Below are positions 27,201 to 35,546 of a stretch of DNA of 64,000 nucleotides, piece after piece. Position 1 is the first letter of the stretch, and each line of letters starts with the position of its first letter. The notes under the pieces are model-generated. The model was not told where the DNA came from and searched no databases. It was given only the letters and a program-made list of their open reading frames with translations. Both the position numbers and the translations under genes were made by a program. The stretch comes from a virus. The DNA is taken from IMG/VR virus record IMGVR_UViG_3300037467_001655. The stretch is one strand, 5' to 3'.

Positions 27201-27671
27201 TCAGTGGCCGCTGTGGCGGCAGTACGCGGCATCGCAGGTGCGGCAATAGGGGATCGAGGAAGCTTCCTCTCCGCAGTGCGGGCAGGAGGCGAACATCTCG
27301 CGGTCATCGAGCGCCCACAACGGCACGTCGCAGGCGGGGCAGTAGTGCGACGGCTCCAGCCCGTTCGGCCCGGCGGTGGCCATGATCGCGGACCCGCCGA
27401 GCAGGTTGTCGCCGCAGATCGCCACCGGGCCGTCCAGGACGGGCACCGGCTGCGGAACGATGACCGCGACGCCGCGCCAGCTGCCCTCGAGGGTGGTTGC
27501 CGCGTAGATCGCGCCGTGGTCGTCCAGGCGGACCGCGAGCATGGTTTCCTCGCCACGGTCGTTGACGGTGAGGGTGAGCGGGGTGTGCTCGCTGGCCGGG
27601 CCTTCGGTGATCGTGTAGCGGCGGCCGCAGTAGTCGATGATCTGGCCGACGTAGGTGGTGGGATCGAACAT
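27201..27671 (-). CDS. Hypothetical protein with a C-terminal Cys-rich Zn ribbon (156 aa)
   Basis: HYCPACD, SCPHCG, YCRTCD, YCRH motifs; leader-driven. Confidence 0.8.
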   Translation of the reverse strand: MFDPTTYVGQIIDYCGRRYTITEGPASEHTPLTLTVNDRGEETMLAVRLDDHGAIYAATTLEGSWRGVAVIVPQPVPVLDGPVAICGDNLLGGSAIMATAGPNGLEPSHYCPACDVPLWALDDREMFASCPHCGEEASSIPYCRTCDAAYCRHSGH

Positions 27672-27711
27672 GGTTCCGGCTCCTCCGGGATGTGACGGCG
27701 CAATCCGTCTG
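27672..27711 (-). promoter_or_regulatory. Early-module leader copy
   Basis: cagacggattgcgccgtcacatcccggaggagccggaaccATG. Confidence 0.8.
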
Positions 27712-27754
27712 CTGAGGGGCGGCCCGACGCTGGCCGGGCCGCCGTGGGGATCGG

Positions 27755-28132
27755 TTAGGCAGCGATCAGGTGGGCGGTGCGCGGGTAGGCGCGCAAACCC
27801 TCCGACAGCGCCGGATCGGCAGGGCTGTAGGCGTACACGCGGATCGGGTGCCCGTTGGCGGCGACGATCCAGATGCGCAGCGGGGCGCGGCCGGTGCGGG
27901 CGCGGTGCGCGGCGGCGATCTTCTTGCCCGCGTGGGAGCCGTAGCGGCGCACGGTGTCCTCGCTGGCACCGAGCGTGGTCAGGTGCCCGGTGACGGTGAC
28001 CAGCGCGCCGGAGTCGACGGCGGCGGCGATGGCCTTGCCGTTACGGTGGCGGACGATCATGGGGGCGAACAGGCGGGTCGCGCGGACGCGGATGGTGTGG
28101 GCGGCGGCGCGGGCGATGGGGGCGACGTTCAT
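27755..28132 (-). CDS. Basic hypothetical protein (125 aa), possibly DNA-binding
   Basis: RRYGSHAGKKIAAAHRARTGRAP...NGHPIRVYAY; leader-driven. Confidence 0.8.
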   Translation of the reverse strand: MNVAPIARAAAHTIRVRATRLFAPMIVRHRNGKAIAAAVDSGALVTVTGHLTTLGASEDTVRRYGSHAGKKIAAAHRARTGRAPLRIWIVAANGHPIRVYAYSPADPALSEGLRAYPRTAHLIAA

Positions 28133-28209
28133 GGTTCCGGCTCCTCCGGTAGGTGACGGCTTCTCCGTCTGACATCAACCACAATACACGCGACTGCGTG
28201 TATCTTCAA
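28133..28209 (-). promoter_or_regulatory. Early-gene module (promoter, operator 28185-28202, leader)
   Basis: ttgaagatacacgcagtcgcgtgtattgt...gtcagacggagaagccgtcacctaccggaggagccggaaccATG. Confidence 0.85.
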
Positions 28210-28267
28210 GGGTTGAAAATGCCCCGGCCAGCAGAACCGACCGGGGCACACCGCGCCGTGTGGCCGG

Positions 28268-28576
28268 CTACTCCGAATCCCACCGCCCCAGCAGGCCCAC
28301 CAGATACGAGCCGGCCACCCACAGGCCGAACCCGAACCACCACGGCAGATGCGCGACAGCCGCCGTAGGCCACGCGAGGACCGCGCACACCCACCACCCG
28401 AAGCACCACGGGCAGTGGACCAGGAACGTGACCATCGAGGTGCCGCCGAACCGTTCGGTGATCGACTTACGGATCCGGTCGCCGATCTTGTCCGTGACCA
28501 CGATCCGGGTCAGTCGGGCGGCGGCGAACACGTACACGGCGAGGGTGAGCAGGGTTGCGAGGGTGCTGTGTGGCAT
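28268..28576 (-). CDS. Membrane protein (DUF1360-like)
   Basis: AAARLTRIVVTDKI...FLVHCPWCFGWWV motif; leaderless late promoter at 28577-28605. Confidence 0.75.
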   Translation of the reverse strand: MPHSTLATLLTLAVYVFAAARLTRIVVTDKIGDRIRKSITERFGGTSMVTFLVHCPWCFGWWVCAVLAWPTAAVAHLPWWFGFGLWVAGSYLVGLLGRWDSE

Positions 28577-28605
28577 GGCGCCGCACGGTAGGGACCGGGG
28601 ATGCA
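28577..28605 (-). promoter_or_regulatory. Late promoter variant TGCATCCC-N7-TACCGT-N8-ATG
   Basis: One mismatch to the consensus, spacing preserved. Confidence 0.55.
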
Positions 28606-28643
28606 GAACGGCCCGCCAGCGGCGAGGCTGGCGGGCCGAGGAG

Positions 28644-29186
28644 CTACAGCGTTGCTTTCTGGACGGGATCGGGGCTCGGTTCGTGGATCCCGCCATCGCC
28701 CCAGTCTCGGCAGTACGGGCACCACGGCTGCAACCGGTGATGCAGCCACGTCCCATACATCCACCCGAACCACACCAAATCCACAGGCAGCGTCGCCACA
28801 CGCGGCCAACCGAAGTGCTTGCACGCCATGCTCATCGCGGCCATGACCGCGAGGAACCCCAGTTGCAACGGGAGCCGATTCAGGAAGTGCTGCAACCACA
28901 GCAGCCAGCTCTGCCGTTGCGCGCGGACCGGCGCGTCGGCCGGCACTTCCTCCATGCAGCGCACGCACATGCGGGTGAAGTCGTTGTGGAACATCCCGAT
29001 CAGGAGGATGACGGTGGCGGCGGCCTGCGCCAGCTGGAGGGGTAGCGCGTCGTAGTTGAGATACCAGGGGATGTAGAGGATGGCCACGACCACCAGCGCC
29101 CACCGAAGCCGGTGCGCGGTGGCGGTGAGCAGTCGGGAACCGCGGCTGTTGTCGTCGTTGTTGAATGCGTCGATGACGTCGGGCAT
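28644..29186 (-). CDS. Polytopic membrane protein with CxxC motifs (180 aa)
   Basis: About 4 hydrophobic segments; H...MCVRC and HHRLQPWCPYC. Confidence 0.75.
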   Translation of the reverse strand: MPDVIDAFNNDDNSRGSRLLTATAHRLRWALVVVAILYIPWYLNYDALPLQLAQAAATVILLIGMFHNDFTRMCVRCMEEVPADAPVRAQRQSWLLWLQHFLNRLPLQLGFLAVMAAMSMACKHFGWPRVATLPVDLVWFGWMYGTWLHHRLQPWCPYCRDWGDGGIHEPSPDPVQKATL

Positions 29187-29236
29187 TTGAGTTCTTTCGG
29201 TGATAGGTGACGGCCCGCCGCGGGGACGGGCCGTCG
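29187..29236 (-). promoter_or_regulatory. Variant leader hairpin (GACGG...CCGTCAC with an extended stem)
   Basis: gacggcccgtccccgcggcgggccgtcacctatcaccgaaagaactcaaATG. Confidence 0.45.
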
Positions 29237-29239
29237 TGG

Positions 29240-30673
29240 TCAGTGGAGGTAGGTGTCGATCCAGGCCAGGCCGCCGCGGTCCAGGCGCAGTTTCGCGCGG
29301 GTGACCGCCACATACGCGAGCATGATGTCGGCCGGGGTGACGTCCTCCATCTCCCCGTCGTCGTCGCGCTTCGGCTCCGGGAAGTCCTTCGCGATCCGCA
29401 CCGAATCCCACTCGCGGCCCTTGGCTTTGTGCCCGGTCGACACGATGGTGTCGGCGCGTTTCTCGTCGGCCAGCTGGTCCACCGCGCGGATGATCGTGTC
29501 CACGCCGTGGGAGTCGATGAGGTCCACGAACGGGCGCAGGTCGCGGCCCTGCGGTTCGTCGGCGAAGTCCTGCACCTCGCCCCAGGTGCCGAACACCCAC
29601 AGCTCCGGGTGCGAGGTGCGGCGGCCGTCCTTCAAATCGCGGGCGGCTTCGGCCAGCCGTTTGATGCCGGCACCGCCGCCGACGAGCGCTACGCGGTGTC
29701 CGGCGCCCATGAGGGTCATGCACTGGCCCATGGCTTCGCCGTTGGTGCGGCACAGGATCGCGTCCGGCGCCGGGAGGTCGGCGAGCGTGGAGGCCAGCGA
29801 CGGGTTGCCCGACAGCCGCAACGGGGTGTCGAGCAGCGACAGCCATTTGTTGGCTTCCTCGGCGATCTTCGTGCCGAACCGCCACGACTGAGACAGGTAC
29901 AGGCGGCGGTCGGCGGGCCACTCGGTGAGCGCGTCGACCGCGCCCCGCCACGCGTACAGCTGCTGCGCCGAATCCCCCACCGCGATCTGCTGCGCGTGGG
30001 TCTGGGACTGCACGAGGTTCGCCACGAGCGGGTTGGAGTCCTGGCACTCATCGAGCATGACCAGTTCCACGGGCAGGACCGGGTTGGTCAGTGCCCAGAT
30101 TTTCAGGTAGTGGTCGTGGTCGAAGCGGAGCAGGCCGTCCGGGCTGATGATGTCGGCCCAGGCGCGCCGCGCGAACGGCAACACCGTGTTGGTGAGGGCC
30201 TTGTGGTCGTCGCGGGTCATGCCGGTCTGGTGCGGCACATGCTCCGCGGCGACGGCCGGATCGGCGGAGTAGCAGAACCGCGACACCGTTTCGATCGCGA
30301 TGCGCGCGATCTGCACCGGCGACACCCGAAGCGCGCCCAGATCCAGCCAGGTGTTGATGCCGAGCAGTTCCGCGGCGCGCCGCGCGGGCTGGCGGGGCCC
30401 GTTGAGGCGGTGCCGGTAGTTGCGGCCGACCGCGCCGAACGCCAGGCTGTGCCCGGTCTTGCACTGCACGCTGTCGGGGAAGCTGGCGCGCGCTTCGTCG
30501 GCGATCGCCCGGTTGTAGGCGATGTAGAGGGACGGCACGGTGACCTCACGGGCCACCATTTTCAGTGTCGAGGTTTTCCCCGTCCCGGCGCCGGCCTGGA
30601 TGACGAGGTTCGCGCCGTTGCGGGCGGCGTCGATGATCTGGGCTTGCTCGGGTGTCGGCTGGTATGCGGACAT
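29240..30673 (-). CDS. SF1 UvrD/FBH1-like helicase
   Basis: AGAGTGKT, DECQD, GDSAQQLYAWRGA, SWRFG, TGHKAKGREW, YVAVTRA; ATG 30673 after the leader. Confidence 0.9.
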   Translation of the reverse strand: MSAYQPTPEQAQIIDAARNGANLVIQAGAGTGKTSTLKMVAREVTVPSLYIAYNRAIADEARASFPDSVQCKTGHSLAFGAVGRNYRHRLNGPRQPARRAAELLGINTWLDLGALRVSPVQIARIAIETVSRFCYSADPAVAAEHVPHQTGMTRDDHKALTNTVLPFARRAWADIISPDGLLRFDHDHYLKIWALTNPVLPVELVMLDECQDSNPLVANLVQSQTHAQQIAVGDSAQQLYAWRGAVDALTEWPADRRLYLSQSWRFGTKIAEEANKWLSLLDTPLRLSGNPSLASTLADLPAPDAILCRTNGEAMGQCMTLMGAGHRVALVGGGAGIKRLAEAARDLKDGRRTSHPELWVFGTWGEVQDFADEPQGRDLRPFVDLIDSHGVDTIIRAVDQLADEKRADTIVSTGHKAKGREWDSVRIAKDFPEPKRDDDGEMEDVTPADIMLAYVAVTRAKLRLDRGGLAWIDTYLH

Positions 30674-30715
30674 GGTTCCGGCTCCTGTTCCGGTGTGTGA
30701 CGGCGCAATCCGTCT
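30674..30715 (-). promoter_or_regulatory. Early-module leader copy
   Basis: gaagacggattgcgccgtcacacaccggaacaggagccggaaccATG. Confidence 0.75.
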
Positions 30716-30759
30716 TCGGGGGAGGGGCCGCCGGTGGGCGGCCCCTGATGATCGGTCGG

Positions 30760-31230
30760 TCAGTTGTTGCGCAGGCGGGCCTGCTCGAGGAGGCGCACGT
30801 ACTCGGTGGCCGACAGCATCACCGAGACCGGGGTTCCGTCGCCGTCGCGGATGACCTGTTCGTCGCCGGTCGCGATCGCGTCGAACTGTTCGGTGAACGT
30901 CTGCGGCGCGCCGTGATGGCACGTGCAGTCCTCCCGCACGCACTGTTCGTCCTCGGCGGGGTGGCCGCAGCGGTCGCACATGTCGGCCACATCACCGGTC
31001 GGGGTGACGGAGGTGCGGCGCACGTTCGACATGCTGTAGCCCGCGCGGCGGTGGATCAGCCGCAAGCGGCCGTCGTTCACGCCGACGACGACGAATTCCT
31101 TTCCGTGCTCGCTGCTGTAGGACCCGTGGTAGACCACCACGTCGCCGATGGCGAGCAGGGGCAGCGCGATCACGTACAGGGCGCGGGCGGCCAGAACGTC
31201 GGTCAAGGGGATGCGAGTGGTGTTGGGCAT
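30760..31230 (-). CDS. Hypothetical protein (156 aa) with a Zn-binding middle and a Phd/YefM-like C-terminus
   Basis: CDRCGH...CTCHH; QVIRDGDGTPVSVMLSATEYVRL. Confidence 0.75.
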   Translation of the reverse strand: MPNTTRIPLTDVLAARALYVIALPLLAIGDVVVYHGSYSSEHGKEFVVVGVNDGRLRLIHRRAGYSMSNVRRTSVTPTGDVADMCDRCGHPAEDEQCVREDCTCHHGAPQTFTEQFDAIATGDEQVIRDGDGTPVSVMLSATEYVRLLEQARLRNN

Positions 31231-31306
31231 TTCCGGCTCCTCCGGTTTTGTGACGGCTATTCCGTCTGACAGAAACGAATATACACGGGTATGCGTGTAT
31301 GGTCAA
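31231..31306 (-). promoter_or_regulatory. Early-gene module (promoter, operator 31282-31299, leader)
   Basis: ttgaccatacacgcatacccgtgtatatt...gtcagacggaatagccgtcacaaaaccggaggagccggaaATG. Confidence 0.85.
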
Positions 31307-31357
31307 GTTGTGGCGGATCCGGTAACGACGTGTCGAGTGTTGGCGATAATCCAGGCC

Positions 31358-31783
31358 ATGACATTCAACCGCGCTCTGATCGGATCGCTCGTAATCGCCA
31401 CAGCCGGAAGTCTTTTCGGCGTCACCACGTCAGCGCAAGCTGTCCCGACCGGTAGCTACCAAGTGCCAGACCTGACCTTCCAGGCAACCGGACCGCACGA
31501 GGTCACCGCCACCATCCACAACCCGAACGATAACGGAATCTGTTGGGCCACCATCGGAATCGACGGATCTGTCCACGAATTCGCCGAACACAGCGGCGCC
31601 GGCTACGCAGCCGCCGGGCAGACAATCCAGGTCAAGCGGGAGAACCTTCCCGCAGGTCGGTACAGCGTCGGCGGCGGTTGTGGCGCGACGACCACCGACG
31701 TCCATCAGGTGCTCGCGCCGAGCCAGGAAGTGACCGTGCCCGGCGACACTCCGCCCCCGTCCACCGGTTCGTTCGGCAGCTGA
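31358..31783 (+). CDS. Secreted protein (141 aa), moron-like
   Basis: Signal peptide MTFNRALIGSLVIATAGSLFGVTTSAQA; GATAAT 7 nt before the ATG suggests a leaderless mRNA. Confidence 0.75.
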   Translation: MTFNRALIGSLVIATAGSLFGVTTSAQAVPTGSYQVPDLTFQATGPHEVTATIHNPNDNGICWATIGIDGSVHEFAEHSGAGYAAAGQTIQVKRENLPAGRYSVGGGCGATTTDVHQVLAPSQEVTVPGDTPPPSTGSFGS

Positions 31784-31788
31784 CCTGA

Positions 31789-33387
31789 TCAGCCGGTGAT
31801 CCCGTCCGGCAGTTGTCCCCAGCTGCCTGGCGTCCGTGAGGCAGCCGCCTGGCCGCCGCTGGCGAGTTCATCGAACGCGATCGTCGCAGCGGCCACGCGG
31901 TCCGGCTGGTGCTGTGTCTCCTGCCAGCGGATCGCCCGCGCTTCCATCGCGGCCAGCCGATACCCGACTACCCGGCATCGTCCGACCGATGTCGCGTGCC
32001 GCAGGCCCACAGACCGAACCAGCGCGTTGCCCGACGCTGTCCACGGCCGGATGTGGAACGGCCGGTGCGCTGGCACCCGCAGGCCTTCCACCGTGCCGGG
32101 AGCGTCGATGTTGTTCGCGGCCTCGATTACCAGATCGTCATAGGCGCGGCGCAACAGGTCCCCGTATGTCTTCGGTGCGCTGTACGCCTCGAACACCACT
32201 TCGGTTGCGCCGGTGGACAGTGCGAGCAGGCAGGCGCGGCGCGGCCACTCGGCCGAGGACAGCTGCCCGGATGCGTCCTCGGTCAGCACGACCGTGCCGT
32301 CGCCGGCCAGGCCCGCGGCGATGATGCCGGCTTCGTCGCCCTTCCCGGTTTCGGCGGGGTCGATAGTCACGATCCGGCGGTACAGGGCCGGTTCCGCGGC
32401 GAGCCGGTACGTGTCGAACCAGGCTTGCGAGAACAGGGCACCGCCGAGCGGGTACGGGGAGCCGAGATACAGGGCGGCCCACACGCGTTCGCCGACCTGG
32501 CGGCGGATCCGCGCCCAATCCTCGACGGTTCGTCCGCGCGCGGACTCGAGCTGCTCGCCCTCGGCGCGGCCGAGTGCGTCCGGGACACCGGCGGTCGCGA
32601 CGGCGGGGAAGTTGATGTGAACCCATTCCCGTGCGTCGGGGTCGCTGTCGGCGTCCTGCTGGAGCAGGAACCCGGCGAGATCGGCCTCATGCCACCGGGT
32701 CTGAATCAGGATGATCGGTGCGCCCGGCGCGAGGCGGGTCGATAGGTCGCCCTGGAATCCGGCGATGACCTTCGCGCGTTCGGTGGGCGAGTCCGCGGCG
32801 GCCATGCCCTTCAACGGGTCGTCAATGATCAGCATGTCGCAGGGGCGGCCGGTGATGGTGCCGCCCATACCGACAGCGACGACACCGCCCTTGTGTCCCT
32901 TGATCTGCCAGTTCCCGGCCGCGAACCGGTCGCCGGCCAGCGCCAGGCCGAGCCGGTCGGGCAGCTCCACACCGGACAGGGGATCGCGGGCGCCGGTGCC
33001 GTGGGAGGTGATCAGGTTGCGGGCGGCCTGCGATGCTTGGCGCGCCAGATCCTCGGAGTAGGAGGCGATGAGGATGCGGGTGTCGGGGTTGCGTTGCAGC
33101 TGCCGCAGCACCGTCCACACCGCGACCAGCGTCGACTTACCTTCCTGCGGTGGGCAGGTGATCAGGAGCCGGCCGCCGCGGGTGGTCATCGCTTCTTCGA
33201 TGTGTTCGGCCATCATGCGGATGGCTGGGGTGATCACGTAGGCGGGGTCGATGCGTTGGGCGAGGTCGGCGGAGTGGCGGCAGCTGGTGAGGGCGGCGCG
33301 GCGGGTGATGGCTTGCCGCGCCCACGCCATGAACGCTGCCCGCTCACGGTCGGGCAGCTGCGCCGCGCGCTCCCACACATCAGTCAT
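31789..33387 (-). CDS. terL: Terminase large subunit
   Basis: Walker A PPQEGKS, Walker B MLIIDDP, IQTRWHEADLAG, nuclease TIDPA...DEAGII, QPDRVAA. Confidence 0.92.
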   Translation of the reverse strand: MTDVWERAAQLPDRERAAFMAWARQAITRRAALTSCRHSADLAQRIDPAYVITPAIRMMAEHIEEAMTTRGGRLLITCPPQEGKSTLVAVWTVLRQLQRNPDTRILIASYSEDLARQASQAARNLITSHGTGARDPLSGVELPDRLGLALAGDRFAAGNWQIKGHKGGVVAVGMGGTITGRPCDMLIIDDPLKGMAAADSPTERAKVIAGFQGDLSTRLAPGAPIILIQTRWHEADLAGFLLQQDADSDPDAREWVHINFPAVATAGVPDALGRAEGEQLESARGRTVEDWARIRRQVGERVWAALYLGSPYPLGGALFSQAWFDTYRLAAEPALYRRIVTIDPAETGKGDEAGIIAAGLAGDGTVVLTEDASGQLSSAEWPRRACLLALSTGATEVVFEAYSAPKTYGDLLRRAYDDLVIEAANNIDAPGTVEGLRVPAHRPFHIRPWTASGNALVRSVGLRHATSVGRCRVVGYRLAAMEARAIRWQETQHQPDRVAAATIAFDELASGGQAAASRTPGSWGQLPDGITG

Positions 33388-33620
33388 GACCTGGCAACCC
33401 ATCCCGCGCCGTGCTCTATCCCATCGAGATACGAATCGACCGTTGTATAGCTGGCGTCGGGTAGGACCTCGGTCTGATTGATGCGGACGACGAATCCCGC
33501 GCCAGTCCGCGCGGCACCCAGGCGCTCCACGGTGACCGGAATTTTCAGCACCTCATGGATGCGTGCGCAACGCTGACGCAAGTGCGCGGCGTCCTCGTCC
33601 TGATCCCACACATCAGTCAC
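33384..33620 (-). CDS. Hypothetical protein (78 aa)
   Basis: Coupled to terL. Confidence 0.7.
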   Translation of the reverse strand: MTDVWDQDEDAAHLRQRCARIHEVLKIPVTVERLGAARTGAGFVVRINQTEVLPDASYTTVDSYLDGIEHGAGWVARS

Positions 33621-33623
33621 AGG

Positions 33624-33830
33624 TCAGCCCTCGACCACCATGCGCCGCAACGGCGAATGCTCGTCCACCAGCTGATCGGCATACACCAGGCCGGTCATGT
33701 GCGCGCCCCACCGGCCATCGCTGAGTGGCTGTTTCTGCCACGCGACGAATTCGGACCCGATCACCACGGAGCCCAACGGCAGCGCGTCCAGCTCGGCCGC
33801 CGTCAAGCCGCGGCGCTTCTCTCCGGCCAT
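33624..33830 (-). CDS. Small phage protein with an ELDALP-GSVV motif
   Basis: LTAAELDALPLGSVVIG...AWQK. Confidence 0.7.
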   Translation of the reverse strand: MAGEKRRGLTAAELDALPLGSVVIGSEFVAWQKQPLSDGRWGAHMTGLVYADQLVDEHSPLRRMVVEG

Positions 33831-34180
33831 CAGTCGTCCTTGTCGTTCTGCGTCGGCGTCTCGCCTCCGAGCGCGTTGCTGATGGCTGCATTCAGGTCAG
33901 CCAAACGAGCCTCTGCGGCGGCCACCTCGTCCTTCAGCCTCTCGTTGGTCAGCGCCAGGCGCGTCTGCTCGCTACGGAGTTTCTGCGTCTCCGAACGGAG
34001 CTCAGCCTGGCTCAACTGTTCGATGTCAAGATAGGCGTCACTGCTCCAATCGACCGTGCTGGCACGAATCGGCGTGAACACCAACTGATCATCGGAGACC
34101 ACTAGGACGAAACCGCGATCGTCCGTCAGTCCGTCGATCGCGGCACACAATTGGCGCTTCATATCGTCACGAAGACTCAT
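33830..34180 (-). CDS. Coiled-coil hypothetical protein (116 aa)
   Basis: Heptad C-terminus; coupled stop/start. Confidence 0.7.
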   Translation of the reverse strand: MSLRDDMKRQLCAAIDGLTDDRGFVLVVSDDQLVFTPIRASTVDWSSDAYLDIEQLSQAELRSETQKLRSEQTRLALTNERLKDEVAAAEARLADLNAAISNALGGETPTQNDKDD

Positions 34181-34563
34181 CAGTCGTCCTTATCGTCTTC
34201 CGGGTAGACGGGCACGATCCGCGGATCGCGGCGCATCGCTTCCGACACCACCCGCTGCCACCAACCCGGGGTCGGCATGTGGTCGGATTTTGCACGCCAC
34301 ACGCGCACCCGGATCCGGTCGCCGGCCTGATCGGCCACCGACGTAACCAGCTGCTCTACTTCGGATTCGAATCGCACGTACAGGCGGTCGATTTCGGACC
34401 AGATGGTGGAGGGGATCGGGTCGCGGCCAGACTCCCACGCTTGGACCGTGTTGGGTCGGACGCCGCCGAGCAGGTCGCCGAGTTCGGGACGTTCGACGCC
34501 GAAGTATCGGCGAGCGACTTGCAGCTCGGCGCTGCGCCCGAATTCGCGTTTGGGGTGAGTCAT
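34180..34563 (-). CDS. HTH protein of the Aca2/DUF1870 type
   Basis: SAELQVARRYFGVERPELGDLLGGVRPNTVQAWESGRDPIPSTIWSEIDRL matches the ELQ..R...E....G.V.....WESGR..P...E...L pattern of Aca2; C-terminal GWWQRVV. Confidence 0.7.
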   Translation of the reverse strand: MTHPKREFGRSAELQVARRYFGVERPELGDLLGGVRPNTVQAWESGRDPIPSTIWSEIDRLYVRFESEVEQLVTSVADQAGDRIRVRVWRAKSDHMPTPGWWQRVVSEAMRRDPRIVPVYPEDDKDD

Positions 34564-34577
34564 AGACTCCCTTTCGT

Positions 34578-34645
34578 CCAGCACTATCGCCGCTCGATAG
34601 TGCTGGGCCCCATGATCACACGCTGTGCGGTGTGACCATGGGGCC
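34578..34645 (-). other. Two tandem hairpins in the intergenic region upstream of the Aca2-like gene
   Basis: ccagcactatcg/cgatagtgctgg and ggccccatg.tcacac/gtgtga.catggggcc. Confidence 0.6.
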
Positions 34646-34661
34646 AGGGAGCGTGGGAGGG

Positions 34662-35018
34662 TCACGCGGCGATCGGGGCGGGCATGTTCACCCGGTCGGC
34701 GGTGTCGGACAGCTGGGGGTGGACGAACCGCAGGTAGGCGCGGCACACGGTGACGTAGATCGTCTCGTGCTGGTCGACCTGATCCGACATCGCCAGCGTG
34801 TTGATGTGGTCGCCCGCGATAGCACCGGCGAAAGTGCGATCGGTGACATCGCCTTCGGCGGTGGTCCACTTGACCTCGACCGCGCCCGGCTCGCCGGTCT
34901 CCTCGCACATCGCGTTGTCCCAGCCGGTGTTGGTGACCTCGATGCGGATCCGGTCGTCGGCGTCGATGCCGAGGGCTTCGGCGATCAGGGCGGCGGGGGT
35001 GGTGATGGTGGCGGTCAT
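34662..35018 (-). CDS. Acidic hypothetical protein (118 aa), leader-driven, immediately upstream of the Aca2-like gene
   Basis: ATG 35018 after the conserved leader. Confidence 0.8.
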   Translation of the reverse strand: MTATITTPAALIAEALGIDADDRIRIEVTNTGWDNAMCEETGEPGAVEVKWTTAEGDVTDRTFAGAIAGDHINTLAMSDQVDQHETIYVTVCRAYLRFVHPQLSDTADRVNMPAPIAA

Positions 35019-35093
35019 ATCCGGCTCCTCCGGTTGTTGACGGCTTCTCCGTCTGACAAGAACTACAATACACGTATGTGCGTGTACGTGCAA
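35019..35093 (-). promoter_or_regulatory. Early-gene module (promoter, operator 35069-35086, leader)
   Basis: ttgcacgtacacgcacatacgtgtattgt...gtcagacggagaagccgtcaacaaccggaggagccggatATG. Confidence 0.85.
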
Positions 35094-35157
35094 GCGGTTC
35101 GGTGGAAACAGATCGGCCCCGGCCGCTGGATGCGGGCCGGGGCCGGATCGGTGGGGC

Positions 35158-35382
35158 CTACTCCTCGCCCCAGTCGTAGCCGCGCTGGTAGGCGGTGTTC
35201 GCGGCCTCCTCGGTCGCGCCCGCCCGCTCCGCGGCGTCGAACGCGCGGGCCACGGCCTCCACGGTGGCTGGCATCTCGGGGTATCCGTCCTCGGCTTCGG
35301 TGTGGGCCTGCGCGCCGACGCGGTTCAGCTCGGCCAGGGCGGCGTCCAGGGTGGTCGCGGGTGCGGTGGCGAAAGTGGTCAT
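35158..35382 (-). CDS. Acidic hypothetical protein (74 aa), leader-driven
   Basis: MTTFATAPATTLDAALAELNRVG... Confidence 0.8.
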   Translation of the reverse strand: MTTFATAPATTLDAALAELNRVGAQAHTEAEDGYPEMPATVEAVARAFDAAERAGATEEAANTAYQRGYDWGEE

Positions 35383-35458
35383 GTCCGGCTCCTCCGGTAG
35401 GTGACGGCTCAATCCGTCTGACATGACCAACAATACCCGCACGCGCGTGTATACGCAA
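35383..35458 (-). promoter_or_regulatory. Early-gene module (promoter, operator 35434-35451, leader)
   Basis: ttgcgtatacacgcgcgtgcgggtattgt...gtcagacggattgagccgtcacctaccggaggagccggacATG. Confidence 0.85.
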
Positions 35459-35462
35459 GTGG

Positions 35463-35546
35463 TTACAGCGACAGCAGCGCCACCGAAAACGCCACCATCA
35501 GCGCCACCCACAACACCAGCACCGCATTCGCCCGCAACAGCCTCAC
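35463..35546 (-). CDS. 27-aa hydrophobic micropeptide
   Basis: MRLLRANAVLVLWVALMVAFSVALLSL; GTG overlaps the upstream TGA. Confidence 0.5.
   Translation of the reverse strand: MRLLRANAVLVLWVALMVAFSVALLSL

Noticed and set aside
33371-33620. Identical 16-nt starts (MTDVW) of terL and its upstream gene
   Set aside because: Too short to interpret beyond a small local duplication; no functional pattern
35101-35160. Hairpin with an upstream GGAAAC as a possible solitary CRISPR repeat
   Set aside because: Position and GC stem fit an intrinsic terminator; no convincing repeat handle
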